NCBI GenBank assembly: GCA_964386015.1 | Contig: CAYLSN010000001.1 | Coordinates: 627-64,626, forward strand | Direction of reading: 5' to 3' | Source: an uncultured Rhizobiaceae bacterium | GTDB taxonomy: Bacteria; Pseudomonadota; Alphaproteobacteria; Rhizobiales; Rhizobiaceae | DNA: 64,000 nt | Shown here: in pieces, positions 8,898-18,661 of the stretch | How the letters are laid out: every line of letters starts with the position of its first letter | How positions within the stretch are numbered: the stretch's first letter is position 1 | Notes under the pieces: model-generated | The model's input: the letters and a program-made list of their open reading frames with translations, nothing else | What the model was told of the DNA's origin: nothing | Databases searched by the model: none | Translations under genes and position numbers: made by a program

Positions 8898-11800
8898 ATG
8901 TCGTTCCGGTTTCTCCTGCCAGTCATTTTCCTGCTCGCATTTGCCAGATTTTCGACCGCGCAGGATTTCGTCCTCACGCCTGACAGCGATTACTACGGGT
9001 TCGACCTGCGTACCGAGCTGGACATGACGCTGGAACAATGTCAGGCCGAATGTCTCGCCGACCCGCAGTGCCGGGCCTTCACCCACAACGCCAATAATGG
9101 CCGCTGCTTTCTGAAATCCGACTTCGGCACGATCCAGCCTTTCCGCGGCGCCACTGCGGGCAGGATTGCAATGCATGCCGGATCGGCGGACCTCGGTGCG
9201 CCGCCGCGCCTGAGCTTTGTGCCGGACTATCTGAGCGACGAGGCCGTCACCTACCGCACCGAACTGCTGCGGACGGTTTCCGCGAATGCGGAATCCGGAT
9301 TTTCCATGCAGGAGCAGCTCGGCCGCCTGGCGCTCGCACAGGGCAACGCCATCGGTGCGCTCGAGCACCTGCGCGCCGCGCTCGCCATCGCGCCGGACGC
9401 CAGTGCCGTCTGGTCAGCCCTGTCGGAAGCAGCTCGCGCCGCCGGCGGGCAACAGGGCGTGGACAGTTGGCAGATGCGCACCACCGCCACGGCTGCGGCA
9501 CTGAATGCCTACCAGACGTCGCGCAGTGCAGAGGAGCGCGCCGCCGCCCTGAAGCAACTCGGCTACGCGCTGGAATGGCGGCAGATGTTCCGCCCGGCCA
9601 TCAATGCCTATGCCGCGAGCCTGGAACTGGTGGACGATCCGGCAGTACGGGCGCAATATCAGGACTTGCGCCAGCGCCAGGGATTCCGCGTCGTCGATCA
9701 CACAATCGACTCCGACAGCCGCACGCCCCGGGTCTGCGTGCAGTTCTCGGAGCCCCTGCTGCGCAGCGGCGTCGACTATTCCGGTTTCGTCACGCTGGAC
9801 GGCAGGGCCACTGACAATGTCACGGCCGGCGAGCGCGAATTGTGCGTCGAGGGGCTGCAACACGGCCAGCGCTACCGACTCGCGCTGCGCGCCGGGCTGC
9901 CGTCCTCGGTCGGCGAGACCTTGCAGGCGCCCGTCGCCCTCGAACTCTACATCCGCGACCGCACCCCGTTCGTCCGCTTCACCGGCGAGAATTTCGTGCT
10001 TCCGGCCCAGGGCCGTCAGTCGATCCCCATCGTCACGGTAAATGCTGCCGCCGTGGAGCTCACCTTGTACCGGATCGGCGAGCGCGGGCTGGCGCAAGTG
10101 TTGGCAGACTCGAAATTCCTGAGCCAGCTCAATGGCTTCGAGCTGACGACCCTTGCGGAGGAAAGCGGAGAGAAGATCTGGCAGGGAGTCCTCGAAACGC
10201 CGATCGAACAGAACCGGGAAGTCGTGTCCAGCCTTGCGATCGATCAGGTGCTGCCGGAACGCCGTCCCGGCATCCATGTTCTGTCGGCCAGCGTGGAAGG
10301 CGCTCCCGTCGAGGACTGGGATTCCCGGGCAACGCAATGGTTCGTCATTTCCGATATCGGGCTTGCCGCCTATTCCGGCGAGGGCGGCGTGGAGGTCCAT
10401 GCCCGTTCGCTGGCCAGCGCCGAGCCGCTCGCCGGAATCGCGCTGCAGCTTGTCGCCCGCAACAATGAGGTGCTCGGCGAGACGACGACGGGCGAAGACG
10501 GCGTCGCCCGCTTTGCCGCCGGACTTGCGCGCGGAGTCGGTGGCATGGCGCCGCAGCATGTTTCGGCGAGGGGACCGGACGGAGACTTCGCCTTTCTCGA
10601 CATGGCGCGGGCCGGTTTCGATTTCTCCGACCGCGGCGTGGAGGGACGGCCCTCTCCCGGGGCCATCGACGTCATGGTGTGGACCGAGCGGGGAATCTAC
10701 CGCCCCGGCGAGGAGATCCATGTAACGGCCCTGGCGCGTGACGACTCGGCGAATGCCGTTGGCGGGCTGCCGCTGACCTTCGTTCTCACGCGTCCCGATG
10801 GCGTCGAGTTCGGCCGGGTTGCGAGCACGGAACCGACGCTGGGCGGCCATTATCTGTCGCAGCGCCTGCCCGACAATGCCATGCGGGGCGCCTGGACCCT
10901 TGCGGTGCATGACGATCCGGGGCGCCCGCCGCTGGCTTCGAAGCCCTTCCTGGTCGAGGATTTCGTGCCCGACCGGATCGAGTTCGACCTGACGGCCGAC
11001 CAGGCTGCGGCGCGACCTGGCGATAGCCTCGCGCTCTCCGTAGAGGGTCGTTTCCTCTACGGGGCGCCGGCGGCGGGACTGGTCCTCGAGGGAGATCTTC
11101 TCGTCCGGCCCGCGCAGCAATGGGACGCATTTCCGGGATTCCTTTTCGGTCTCGCCGACGAACGGGACGAGACCGGCACGCGCATTTCGCTCGGTGCCCT
11201 GCCGGCTCTGGACGAAGCCGGCCGCGCCGGATTTTCCGTGTCGCTCGACAGCCTGCCCTCGACGACCCGGCTGCTCGCCGCAGATGTGACCGTGCGCCTG
11301 AGAGAGGGCGGCGGCCGCGCGGTCGAGCGCAAGCTTGCCGTGCCGCTCCTGCCGCGGAACGTGATGATCGGCATCGCCCCGGCATTCGGCGGCAATGCGG
11401 TGCCCGAAAATTCGCAGGCCGCCTTCCGCATCATCGCCATCGACACCGAGGGACGGCGCACCGCGCTGGCCGGTGCCTCCTGGACATTGCTGAAGATCGA
11501 ACGCGATTTCCAATGGTACCGGCAAGGCTCGAGCTGGAACTACGAGGCGGTGGACTACACAACCCAGGTTGCGGATGGCGAGATCGATGTCGGCGCAGGC
11601 GACCCGGCACGACTGGAGGTTCCGGTCGGCTGGGGCAGATACCGGCTCGAAGTGGAAGCGCCGGACGGCGGCGGAATCACCAGCGTCGAGTTCGATGCAG
11701 GCTGGCACGTCGCCGCAAGGTCCACCGATACCCCCGACGGGCTGGAGATGTCCCTCGATCGCGAGGTCTACCGGCCGGGCGACGTCGCGCGGCTGCGCGT

Positions 11801-14327
11801 CTCGCCCCGTTTCGGCGGCAAGCTCGTCGTCGTCGCCGGGGCGGAGCGGATCCTGACGACGATCCAGGCCGAGATCCCGGAGGAAGGCGGCACGGTGGAG
11901 ATCCCGATCGGCGACGACTGGGGCGCGGGCGCATATCTCACGGCCACGCTCTACCGTCCCGCCGGCGACGACGGTTCGAGACTGCCGATGCGGGCGATCG
12001 GGGTGAAGTGGCTTGGCATCGATCCCGGAGAGAGACGCCTTTCCGTGCAGATCGAGGCGCCGGAACAGGTTCGGCCCCGCGACAGGCTGGAAATCCCGGT
12101 CCGGGTCAGCGGGGCGGGCGCGGGCGAAGAAGCCTATGTCACCCTCGCCGCAGTCGATGTCGGCATTCTCAACCTGACCCGATACGAGGCGCCCGACCCG
12201 GACGGCTGGTATTTTGGCCAGCGCCAGCTCGGACTGCAGATGCGCGATCTCTACGGCAGGCTGATCGACGGATCGGCCGGCGTCCCCGGTCGCCTGCGTT
12301 CCGGCGGCGATGGTCCCGCCATGGCCATCGAGGGCAGCCCGCCGACGGAGCGGCTGGTCGCCTTCCATTCCGGAATTGTCGAACTCGACGCCGACGGCCG
12401 GGCTGTCATCGGCTTCGACCTGCCGCAGTTCAACGGCACCGTGCGGCTGATGGCGGTCGCATGGACCGGGTCCGGCGTCGGGCATGCGACCCGGGACGTG
12501 GTGGTGCGCGACCCGGTCGTGGTCACGGCCAGTCTGCCCCGGTTTCTTGCTCCGGGCGACATCGCCGAGTTGCGGCTCGAGCTTGCGCTCGCCGACGCCC
12601 CTGCCGGGGAGTACGAGGTCGAGATAACCGCGGATGGTGCCGCCAGGATCGATTCCGGCCTTGCCCGCATCGAGTTGACCGGCCAGGGCCGCGCCGCCCA
12701 TGTGGCGCGCATCGAAGGCATCAGGCCCGGAACCGCCGGGATCAGCATCGTGCTGGAGGGTGCCGACGGCCTGAGGCTGGAACAGCTGCACGAAATCCCG
12801 GTCCGGCCGGCCAATCCGGCCATGCCCGAACGCAGGGAGATCGAACTTGCGGCAAATGGCGGCAGTCTCCGGCTCGACAGGGGTCTCCTCGACGGCCATC
12901 ATCTCGAAGATGCCTCGGTCACGGTTGCCGTGACGCCCCTGCAGGCGCTCGACGTCCCGGCATTGCTGATGTCGCTCGACCGGTATCCCTATGGCTGCAC
13001 CGAGCAGGTGACGAGCCGGGCGATGCCCCTGCTCTATGTTGCGGAACTGGCGCAGAAGGCGGGGCTGGAACAGGATGCGCAGGCGAGCCTGCGCATCGAC
13101 GACGCCGTGCAGCGCGTCTTGTCGAACCAGTCGGCCTCCGGCTCCTTCGGCCTGTGGGGTCCCGGCGCCGGCGACCTGTGGCTCGATGCCTATGTCTCAG
13201 ACTTCCTGACGCGGGCGCGCGAGCAGGGCCATGCCGTACCCGATACGGCCATGCGCCTTGCCCTCGACAATCTGCAGAACACGCTCGCCTACACGACGGA
13301 CATCGAATCCGAAGGTCCGGCCATGGCCTATGCCCTGTACGTGCTGGCGCGCAACCGCAGGGCCTCGGCCGGCGACCTGCGCTACTATGCCGACACGCAG
13401 ATCGATGCGTTCCCGACCCCGATGGCCAGGGCGCAGGTCGGCGCCAGCCTCGCACTTTATGGCGACGGCCAGCGGGCCGGCCAGGCCTTCGCCGCGGCCC
13501 TGCGCATGGCGCAGCAGGGAGAAGGCCCGGACCTCAACCGCCAGGACTACGGCTCGGATCTGCGCGACAATGCGGCACTGATGGCGCTGGCGGCAGAGAG
13601 CCGCCAGTACCGGCCGGAAATGGCACGGCTCGTCAGCGACAGTCTTGCCGGCCGCGATCGTGCCAGCACGCAGGAGCAGGCCTGGATGCTGCTTGCGGCA
13701 AGGGCCGTCGAGTCCGCTGGCATCGCGCTCTCCGTAAATGGCCAGGAGCATGCGGGCAGCTATTCCGCCAACCTGTCCGGACCCGAGTTGGCGCAGTCGG
13801 CCCTGGTGCTCGTCAACCGCTCCCCCGAGCCGGTCACCGCCGTCGTTACCACCGTGGCGTCTCCGGACAGCCCGCTGCCGGCAGGCGGCAACGGTTTCAG
13901 CATCGAGCGCAGCTATTTCTCGATGTCGGGCGAGCCGGTGAATATCGGCGAGGCGCGGCAGAATGAGCGCTACGTGGCGGTGTTGCGCATCGTCGAGGAA
14001 AATGCGTGGCCGTCGCGCATCCTGGTCAGCGACCTCCTGCCCGCCGGGTTCGAGATCGACAATCCCGCCCTCGTCAGCAGCGCCAGCCTTGCCGGATTTG
14101 ACTGGCTGCCCGAGACCGAAACCGCCCATCTCGAATTTCGCGACGATCGGTTCGTGGCGGCGCTCGACCGCAGTGACGACAGCAGCCGCGATTTCACGCT
14201 CGCCTATGTGGTGCGCGCGGTGACGCCCGGCACCTTCGCCCATCCGCCGGCAATCGTGGAGGACATGTACCGGCCGCAATTCTCGGCGCGCACCGCGGCC
14301 AGCGTGCTGACCGTGGCGGCGCCCTGA
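8898..14327 (+). CDS. Bacterial alpha-2-macroglobulin family protein with an N-terminal PAN/Apple-like domain
   Basis: 1809 aa counted from ATG 8898. The signal peptide MSFRFLLPVIFLLAFARFSTA-QD has no lipobox Cys. Carries the thioester motif YPYGCTEQ and is followed 3 nt later by pbpC, the classic A2M-PbpC pairing. Confidence 0.9.
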   Translation: MSFRFLLPVIFLLAFARFSTAQDFVLTPDSDYYGFDLRTELDMTLEQCQAECLADPQCRAFTHNANNGRCFLKSDFGTIQPFRGATAGRIAMHAGSADLGAPPRLSFVPDYLSDEAVTYRTELLRTVSANAESGFSMQEQLGRLALAQGNAIGALEHLRAALAIAPDASAVWSALSEAARAAGGQQGVDSWQMRTTATAAALNAYQTSRSAEERAAALKQLGYALEWRQMFRPAINAYAASLELVDDPAVRAQYQDLRQRQGFRVVDHTIDSDSRTPRVCVQFSEPLLRSGVDYSGFVTLDGRATDNVTAGERELCVEGLQHGQRYRLALRAGLPSSVGETLQAPVALELYIRDRTPFVRFTGENFVLPAQGRQSIPIVTVNAAAVELTLYRIGERGLAQVLADSKFLSQLNGFELTTLAEESGEKIWQGVLETPIEQNREVVSSLAIDQVLPERRPGIHVLSASVEGAPVEDWDSRATQWFVISDIGLAAYSGEGGVEVHARSLASAEPLAGIALQLVARNNEVLGETTTGEDGVARFAAGLARGVGGMAPQHVSARGPDGDFAFLDMARAGFDFSDRGVEGRPSPGAIDVMVWTERGIYRPGEEIHVTALARDDSANAVGGLPLTFVLTRPDGVEFGRVASTEPTLGGHYLSQRLPDNAMRGAWTLAVHDDPGRPPLASKPFLVEDFVPDRIEFDLTADQAAARPGDSLALSVEGRFLYGAPAAGLVLEGDLLVRPAQQWDAFPGFLFGLADERDETGTRISLGALPALDEAGRAGFSVSLDSLPSTTRLLAADVTVRLREGGGRAVERKLAVPLLPRNVMIGIAPAFGGNAVPENSQAAFRIIAIDTEGRRTALAGASWTLLKIERDFQWYRQGSSWNYEAVDYTTQVADGEIDVGAGDPARLEVPVGWGRYRLEVEAPDGGGITSVEFDAGWHVAARSTDTPDGLEMSLDREVYRPGDVARLRVSPRFGGKLVVVAGAERILTTIQAEIPEEGGTVEIPIGDDWGAGAYLTATLYRPAGDDGSRLPMRAIGVKWLGIDPGERRLSVQIEAPEQVRPRDRLEIPVRVSGAGAGEEAYVTLAAVDVGILNLTRYEAPDPDGWYFGQRQLGLQMRDLYGRLIDGSAGVPGRLRSGGDGPAMAIEGSPPTERLVAFHSGIVELDADGRAVIGFDLPQFNGTVRLMAVAWTGSGVGHATRDVVVRDPVVVTASLPRFLAPGDIAELRLELALADAPAGEYEVEITADGAARIDSGLARIELTGQGRAAHVARIEGIRPGTAGISIVLEGADGLRLEQLHEIPVRPANPAMPERREIELAANGGSLRLDRGLLDGHHLEDASVTVAVTPLQALDVPALLMSLDRYPYGCTEQVTSRAMPLLYVAELAQKAGLEQDAQASLRIDDAVQRVLSNQSASGSFGLWGPGAGDLWLDAYVSDFLTRAREQGHAVPDTAMRLALDNLQNTLAYTTDIESEGPAMAYALYVLARNRRASAGDLRYYADTQIDAFPTPMARAQVGASLALYGDGQRAGQAFAAALRMAQQGEGPDLNRQDYGSDLRDNAALMALAAESRQYRPEMARLVSDSLAGRDRASTQEQAWMLLAARAVESAGIALSVNGQEHAGSYSANLSGPELAQSALVLVNRSPEPVTAVVTTVASPDSPLPAGGNGFSIERSYFSMSGEPVNIGEARQNERYVAVLRIVEENAWPSRILVSDLLPAGFEIDNPALVSSASLAGFDWLPETETAHLEFRDDRFVAALDRSDDSSRDFTLAYVVRAVTPGTFAHPPAIVEDMYRPQFSARTAASVLTVAAP
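8964..9165 (+). other. PAN/Apple-like four-cysteine module at the mature N-terminus of the A2M protein
   Basis: The stretch DYYGFDL...LEQCQAECLADPQCRAFTHNANNGRCFLKSDFG has the cysteine spacing and aromatic pattern typical of PAN_1/PAN_4 domains. Confidence 0.6.
12996..13007 (+). other. Thioester motif CTEQ (CxEQ) of the alpha-2-macroglobulin
   Basis: Codons TGC ACC GAG CAG lie in frame within YPYGCTEQVTSR. Confidence 0.85.
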
Positions 14328-14330
14328 TCC

Positions 14331-16391
14331 ATGCCGCGCCGCCGGAGGATCCGGTTGGCGATCGCGGCGGCGCTTTGCGCTGCTGTCGCGATCGGCCTCG
14401 ACCGGCTGGATCGCCAGTATCCGCCACCCCTCGAGCGTATTGGCGAGGTCGGCGCGGAACTGCTGGACCGGAATGGCCGGCTGCTGCGCGCCTTTTCCGG
14501 CACGAATGGCCGCTGGCGGCTGGCGGTTTCGCTCGAGGCGGTCGATCCGAAATTTGTCGAGATGCTGATCGCCTACGAGGACCGCCGCTTCTCGCGCCAT
14601 CCCGGTGTCGATCCGCTGGCGCTCGGACGCGCGGCGCTGCAATGGCTGGTCAATGGCCGCATCGTTTCCGGCGGATCGACGCTGACGATGCAGCTTGCCC
14701 GGCTGCTGGAGCCTCGCGACGGCCGCAGCGTCGGGGCCAAGCTCCGGCAGGTGATGCGCGCCCTGCAGATCGAGCGGCGCCTTTCCAAGAACGAGATCCT
14801 GGCCGCCTATCTCACGCTCGCTCCCTATGGCGGCAACCTCGAGGGCGTGAGGGCGGCATCGCTCGCATGGTTCGGCAAGGAGCCCTACAGGCTGCAGCTC
14901 GAGGAAGCAGCGCTGCTCGTTGCCCTGCCGCAACTTCCGGAGAAGCGGCGTCCGGACCGCTTTCCGGCGGAGGCCGAACGCGCCCGGAACCGGGTGCTGC
15001 TGAGAATGGCCGAAGCAGGGCTTATCCCCGCCAGCGAGGTCGTCCGCGCGGCGGAACAGCCGGTTCCATCGCTGCGCCTTCCCTTGCCGGCCCTCGCTGC
15101 GCATGTCGCCGACGTGGCGCGGCTCGCCGATCCCGGGGCGCTCCGCCACGTCTCGACGCTGGACCGGGACGTGCAGGCAAGGCTGGAGCGGGTGGCGGCA
15201 GAAACCGCGCGCGGCCTTGGACACGATGTCTCCGTCGCGATCCTTGCCGCGGATGCCCGCACGGGCGAGATTCTCGCCGAAGTCGGCTCGGCCGGTTATC
15301 TCGACCACCGTCGCTTCGGCTGGATCGGCATGGTCCGGCAGCCGCGTTCGCCCGGCTCGGCGCTCAAGCCCTTCATCTACGGGCTCGCCTTGCAGCAGGG
15401 TATTGTCGCTCCGGCAACCATGATCTCCGACAGACCGGCGAATTTCGCCGGCTATCGCCCGCGCAATTTCGATCTCGCCTATCAGGGAGACGTGACGGTG
15501 AGCACGGCATTGCAGATGTCGCTCAATGTCCCTGCCCTGCACCTTCTGGAGGCGGTCGGACCTACCCGCCTGGCCGGCACCTTGCGCAAGGCCGGTGCGG
15601 ATCTCATCCTGCCGCCGGGCGAAGCGCCGGGGCTTGCGGTCGGACTTGGCGGCGCCGGGCTTACCCTGAAGGATCTGGTGCAGCTCTATACCGCCTTTCC
15701 CAATCTCGGGCGCGTGGTCCAGCTCGGCAACGGCATCGACCGCAGGCCGGAAGCCGGACCGCGCATCCTCGAGGAAGCGGCGGCCTGGCAGGTAGCCGAC
15801 ATCCTCTCCGGCACGCCCCGGCCGGCGGCGGGCGGATCCCGCCGTATCGCCTACAAGACCGGCACCAGCTACGGCTATCGCGATGCCTGGTCCATCGGCT
15901 TCGACGGGCGCTACGTCATCGGCGTCTGGGCAGGATCGGCGGACAATCGCTCGATCCCGGGGCTTACCGGAATTGCGGCGGCTGCGCCTGCCCTTTTCCA
16001 GGCCTTCGCCCAGTCGGGCCTGGCGGGGGTCGACCTTCCTGCGCCACCGCCAGGCGGATCGCCCCTGCCGCAGGAGGATCTGCCGGCCGGCCTGCGCCGC
16101 TTCAGGTCGCCGGCGACAGGGCTGGTGGAAGTCGGTACGGCGGAACCGCCGCCGGAAATCGTCTACCCGCCGGAAGGAGCGCGTGTGGAACTGGACCGCG
16201 GCCGGAAGCCGCTGGTGGTCAAGCTGCAGGGCGGCCAGGCGCCGTTCCGCATGCTCGCCAATGGGAGACCTCTCCCCGGGGCACTGCGCCGCCGGACGGC
16301 GAGCTGGCATCCGGACGGTGCCGGCTTCTCGACACTGACCGTCATCGATGCGCGCGGACAGGCGGCGACGGTCACGGTTTATGTTGATTGA
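14331..16391 (+). CDS. pbpC: Penicillin-binding protein 1C (bifunctional glycosyltransferase/transpeptidase)
   Basis: GT51 motifs EDRRF and GGSTLTMQ, transpeptidase motifs SALK (SxxK) and KTGTS, and a PbpC-type C-terminal domain. Operonic with the A2M gene. Confidence 0.9.
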   Translation: MPRRRRIRLAIAAALCAAVAIGLDRLDRQYPPPLERIGEVGAELLDRNGRLLRAFSGTNGRWRLAVSLEAVDPKFVEMLIAYEDRRFSRHPGVDPLALGRAALQWLVNGRIVSGGSTLTMQLARLLEPRDGRSVGAKLRQVMRALQIERRLSKNEILAAYLTLAPYGGNLEGVRAASLAWFGKEPYRLQLEEAALLVALPQLPEKRRPDRFPAEAERARNRVLLRMAEAGLIPASEVVRAAEQPVPSLRLPLPALAAHVADVARLADPGALRHVSTLDRDVQARLERVAAETARGLGHDVSVAILAADARTGEILAEVGSAGYLDHRRFGWIGMVRQPRSPGSALKPFIYGLALQQGIVAPATMISDRPANFAGYRPRNFDLAYQGDVTVSTALQMSLNVPALHLLEAVGPTRLAGTLRKAGADLILPPGEAPGLAVGLGGAGLTLKDLVQLYTAFPNLGRVVQLGNGIDRRPEAGPRILEEAAAWQVADILSGTPRPAAGGSRRIAYKTGTSYGYRDAWSIGFDGRYVIGVWAGSADNRSIPGLTGIAAAAPALFQAFAQSGLAGVDLPAPPPGGSPLPQEDLPAGLRRFRSPATGLVEVGTAEPPPEIVYPPEGARVELDRGRKPLVVKLQGGQAPFRMLANGRPLPGALRRRTASWHPDGAGFSTLTVIDARGQAATVTVYVD

Positions 16392-16479
16392 AGCGCTGCA
16401 TGCCAGAGGATTCGATTGACGCCCGGGCATCAGCCTTTATCGTCGCATCGGGAAATCAGAACATATGAGGGGACGCCCC

Positions 16480-17661
16480 ATGAACATCAGAAAGACCCTG
16501 CTTCCGTGCCTGGCCTCGCTCGCCATGTGCGGCATGAACGGCCCGGCTGCCGCCGAGGGGCCGGTGAAGATCGGCATGATCACGACGCTTTCGACCGGCG
16601 CCGGCTATCTCGGCCAGGATGTGCGCGACGGCTTCATGCTCGCGGTGGCCGAGGAGGACGGCAAGCTCGGTGGCGTGCCGGTCGAGGTGATCATCGAGGA
16701 TGACGGGCTGAAGCCGGAGATCGGCAAGCAGCTCGCCGACCGTTTCCTCGAGCAGGAGAATGTCGAGATCGTCACCGGGCTGATCTTTTCCAATGTGGCG
16801 CCCGTCGTCGCCCCTCTGGCCCTGAAGGCGGGCGCTTTCTACATCTCGCCCAATGCGGCCCCGTCGACCTTTGCCGGCGAAGCCTGCCACGAAAACTATT
16901 TCGTGGTGTCCTGGCAGAATGACAGTCTCCACGAGAGCGCCGGCATCTATGCCAACAAGCTCGGCTACAAGAAGGCCTATATTCTCGCGCCGAACTATCA
17001 GGCGGGCAAGGACGCGCTGGCCGGGTTCAAGCGCTATTTCGAAGGGGAGATCGTCGAGGAAACCTACACGAAGCTCGACCAGACGGACTATGCTGCGGAG
17101 ATCGCCAAGATCCGTGCCGCCGCGCCCGAGATGGTCTTCTATTTCCTCCCCGGCGGCATGGGGATCAATTTCCTGAAACAGTATGCGCAGTCCGGGCTCA
17201 ACTCCGAGATCCCGCTGGTCCTGTCATCCGTGTCGATGGACGCGGCAATCCTGAAGGCGGTCGGCGATGTCGCGCTCGGCGTCCGCTCCACTTCACACTG
17301 GAACCACGATCTCGACAATCCGGCCAACAAGGCGTTTGTCGAAGGCTATGTCGCCGCCTATGACCGTGCCCCGACGGTCTATTCCAGCCAGGGCTACGAT
17401 ACGGCCAAGCTGATCGCCAGCGCGCTGAAGGCAACGGGCGGCAAGGTCAGGGAGGACATGGACGGCTTCCGCGCCGCCCTGCGCGCCGCAAGCTTCGACT
17501 CCGTGCGCGGCGAGTTCAAGTTCGACAAGAACCAGCATCCGGTCAATGACTGGTTCGGCCGCATCGTCGAGCGCGGCGAGGACGGCACACTTCGCAACAA
17601 GACGGTGGAAACCGTCGCGGAGGACCTCCGGGATGCCTATGCGGACCAGTGTTCGATGTGA
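16480..17661 (+). CDS. ABC transporter substrate-binding protein, Leu/Ile/Val-binding (LivK-like) family
   Basis: The RBS GAGGGGA lies 6 nt before ATG 16480. Signal peptide MNIRKTLLPCLASLAMCGMNGPAAA. Heads a five-gene LIV-type operon. Confidence 0.85.
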   Translation: MNIRKTLLPCLASLAMCGMNGPAAAEGPVKIGMITTLSTGAGYLGQDVRDGFMLAVAEEDGKLGGVPVEVIIEDDGLKPEIGKQLADRFLEQENVEIVTGLIFSNVAPVVAPLALKAGAFYISPNAAPSTFAGEACHENYFVVSWQNDSLHESAGIYANKLGYKKAYILAPNYQAGKDALAGFKRYFEGEIVEETYTKLDQTDYAAEIAKIRAAAPEMVFYFLPGGMGINFLKQYAQSGLNSEIPLVLSSVSMDAAILKAVGDVALGVRSTSHWNHDLDNPANKAFVEGYVAAYDRAPTVYSSQGYDTAKLIASALKATGGKVREDMDGFRAALRAASFDSVRGEFKFDKNQHPVNDWFGRIVERGEDGTLRNKTVETVAEDLRDAYADQCSM

Positions 17662-17740
17662 GCCAGGTCCGTAGGCCGTACTTCGCTTCCCGCAGGGCGG
17701 TGCCGCGCGGGCAGCGCAGTATGGATGACGTATTCTCCCG

Positions 17741-18658
17741 ATGATCCTCCTTGTCGAGCAGCTCCTGAACGGCATTCAGCTGGGAATCTTCCTGTTCCTG
17801 GTTTCCGCCGGACTGACGCTCATCTTCGGGATCATGGGCGTGATCAATCTCGCGCATGGTTCGCTGTTCATGACAGGCGCCTTTGTCGGCGCCAGCGCCG
17901 CCGCCGCGACCGGGTCGTTCTTTCTCGGGATCGCGGCGGGCGTCATCGCCGCCGGAATTGCCGGCCTAGTCATGGAATTGCTGATCATCCGCCACCTCTA
18001 CCGGCGCGACCACCTGGACCAGGTGCTGGCGACCTTCGGGCTGATCCTGTTCGCGAACGAGCTCGTTTCGATGATCTGGGGCAGGACCCCGATCTTCTCC
18101 AGCACCCCGGACTTCCTCAATTCCTCGATCCGGATCCTGCCCGGCATCACCTACCCTGCCTATCGCCTGTTCATCATCGCGGTCGGCATCGCGGTCGCGG
18201 GCGCGCTCTACCTTGTCATCTCGCGCACGCGCATCGGCATGCTGGTGCGGGCGGGATCGACGCATCGCGAGATCGTCGGCGCTCTCGGCGTCAACATTTC
18301 CCTCCTGTTCCTGCTGATCTTCGGCCTCGGCGCCATGCTGGCGGGCCTGGCCGGAGCCATGGCCGGGCCGCTGGTCTCGGTGCAGACCGGCATGGGCGAA
18401 AGCCAGCTCATTCTTGCCTTTGTCGTCATCGTCATCGGCGGCATCGGTTCGCTCCGGGGAGCCTTCGTCGCGGCGCTGCTGGTAGGGATCGTCGACACTC
18501 TCGGGCGCGCATTCATTCCCGATGTTCTGAAACTGTTCCTGCCGGCCTCCGCCGCCGACGGCATCGGCGCAGGCCTCTCCTCCATGGCGATCTACCTGCT
18601 GATGGCGGCCGTGCTCGTCCTGCGGCCCTCCGGCCTTTTCCCGGTCACGGCGCGCTGA
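17741..18658 (+). CDS. Branched-chain amino acid ABC transporter permease (LivH-like)
   Basis: 305-aa hydrophobic protein starting MILLVEQLLNGIQLG, a typical LivH-family N-terminus. Confidence 0.9.
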   Translation: MILLVEQLLNGIQLGIFLFLVSAGLTLIFGIMGVINLAHGSLFMTGAFVGASAAAATGSFFLGIAAGVIAAGIAGLVMELLIIRHLYRRDHLDQVLATFGLILFANELVSMIWGRTPIFSSTPDFLNSSIRILPGITYPAYRLFIIAVGIAVAGALYLVISRTRIGMLVRAGSTHREIVGALGVNISLLFLLIFGLGAMLAGLAGAMAGPLVSVQTGMGESQLILAFVVIVIGGIGSLRGAFVAALLVGIVDTLGRAFIPDVLKLFLPASAADGIGAGLSSMAIYLLMAAVLVLRPSGLFPVTAR

Positions 18659-18661
18659 GCC

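Noticed and set aside
9414-16430. Two very long minus-strand ORFs (9414-12902, 1162 aa; 13197-16430, 1077 aa), plus several plus-strand alternative-frame ORFs, covering the A2M and pbpC genes
   Set aside because: They are antisense or out-of-frame shadows of genes with unmistakable motifs (CTEQ thioester, GT51/transpeptidase). Their translations are Arg/Gly/Pro/Ala-rich low-complexity strings with no start-site signals, which is typical of stop-codon-poor GC-rich DNA.
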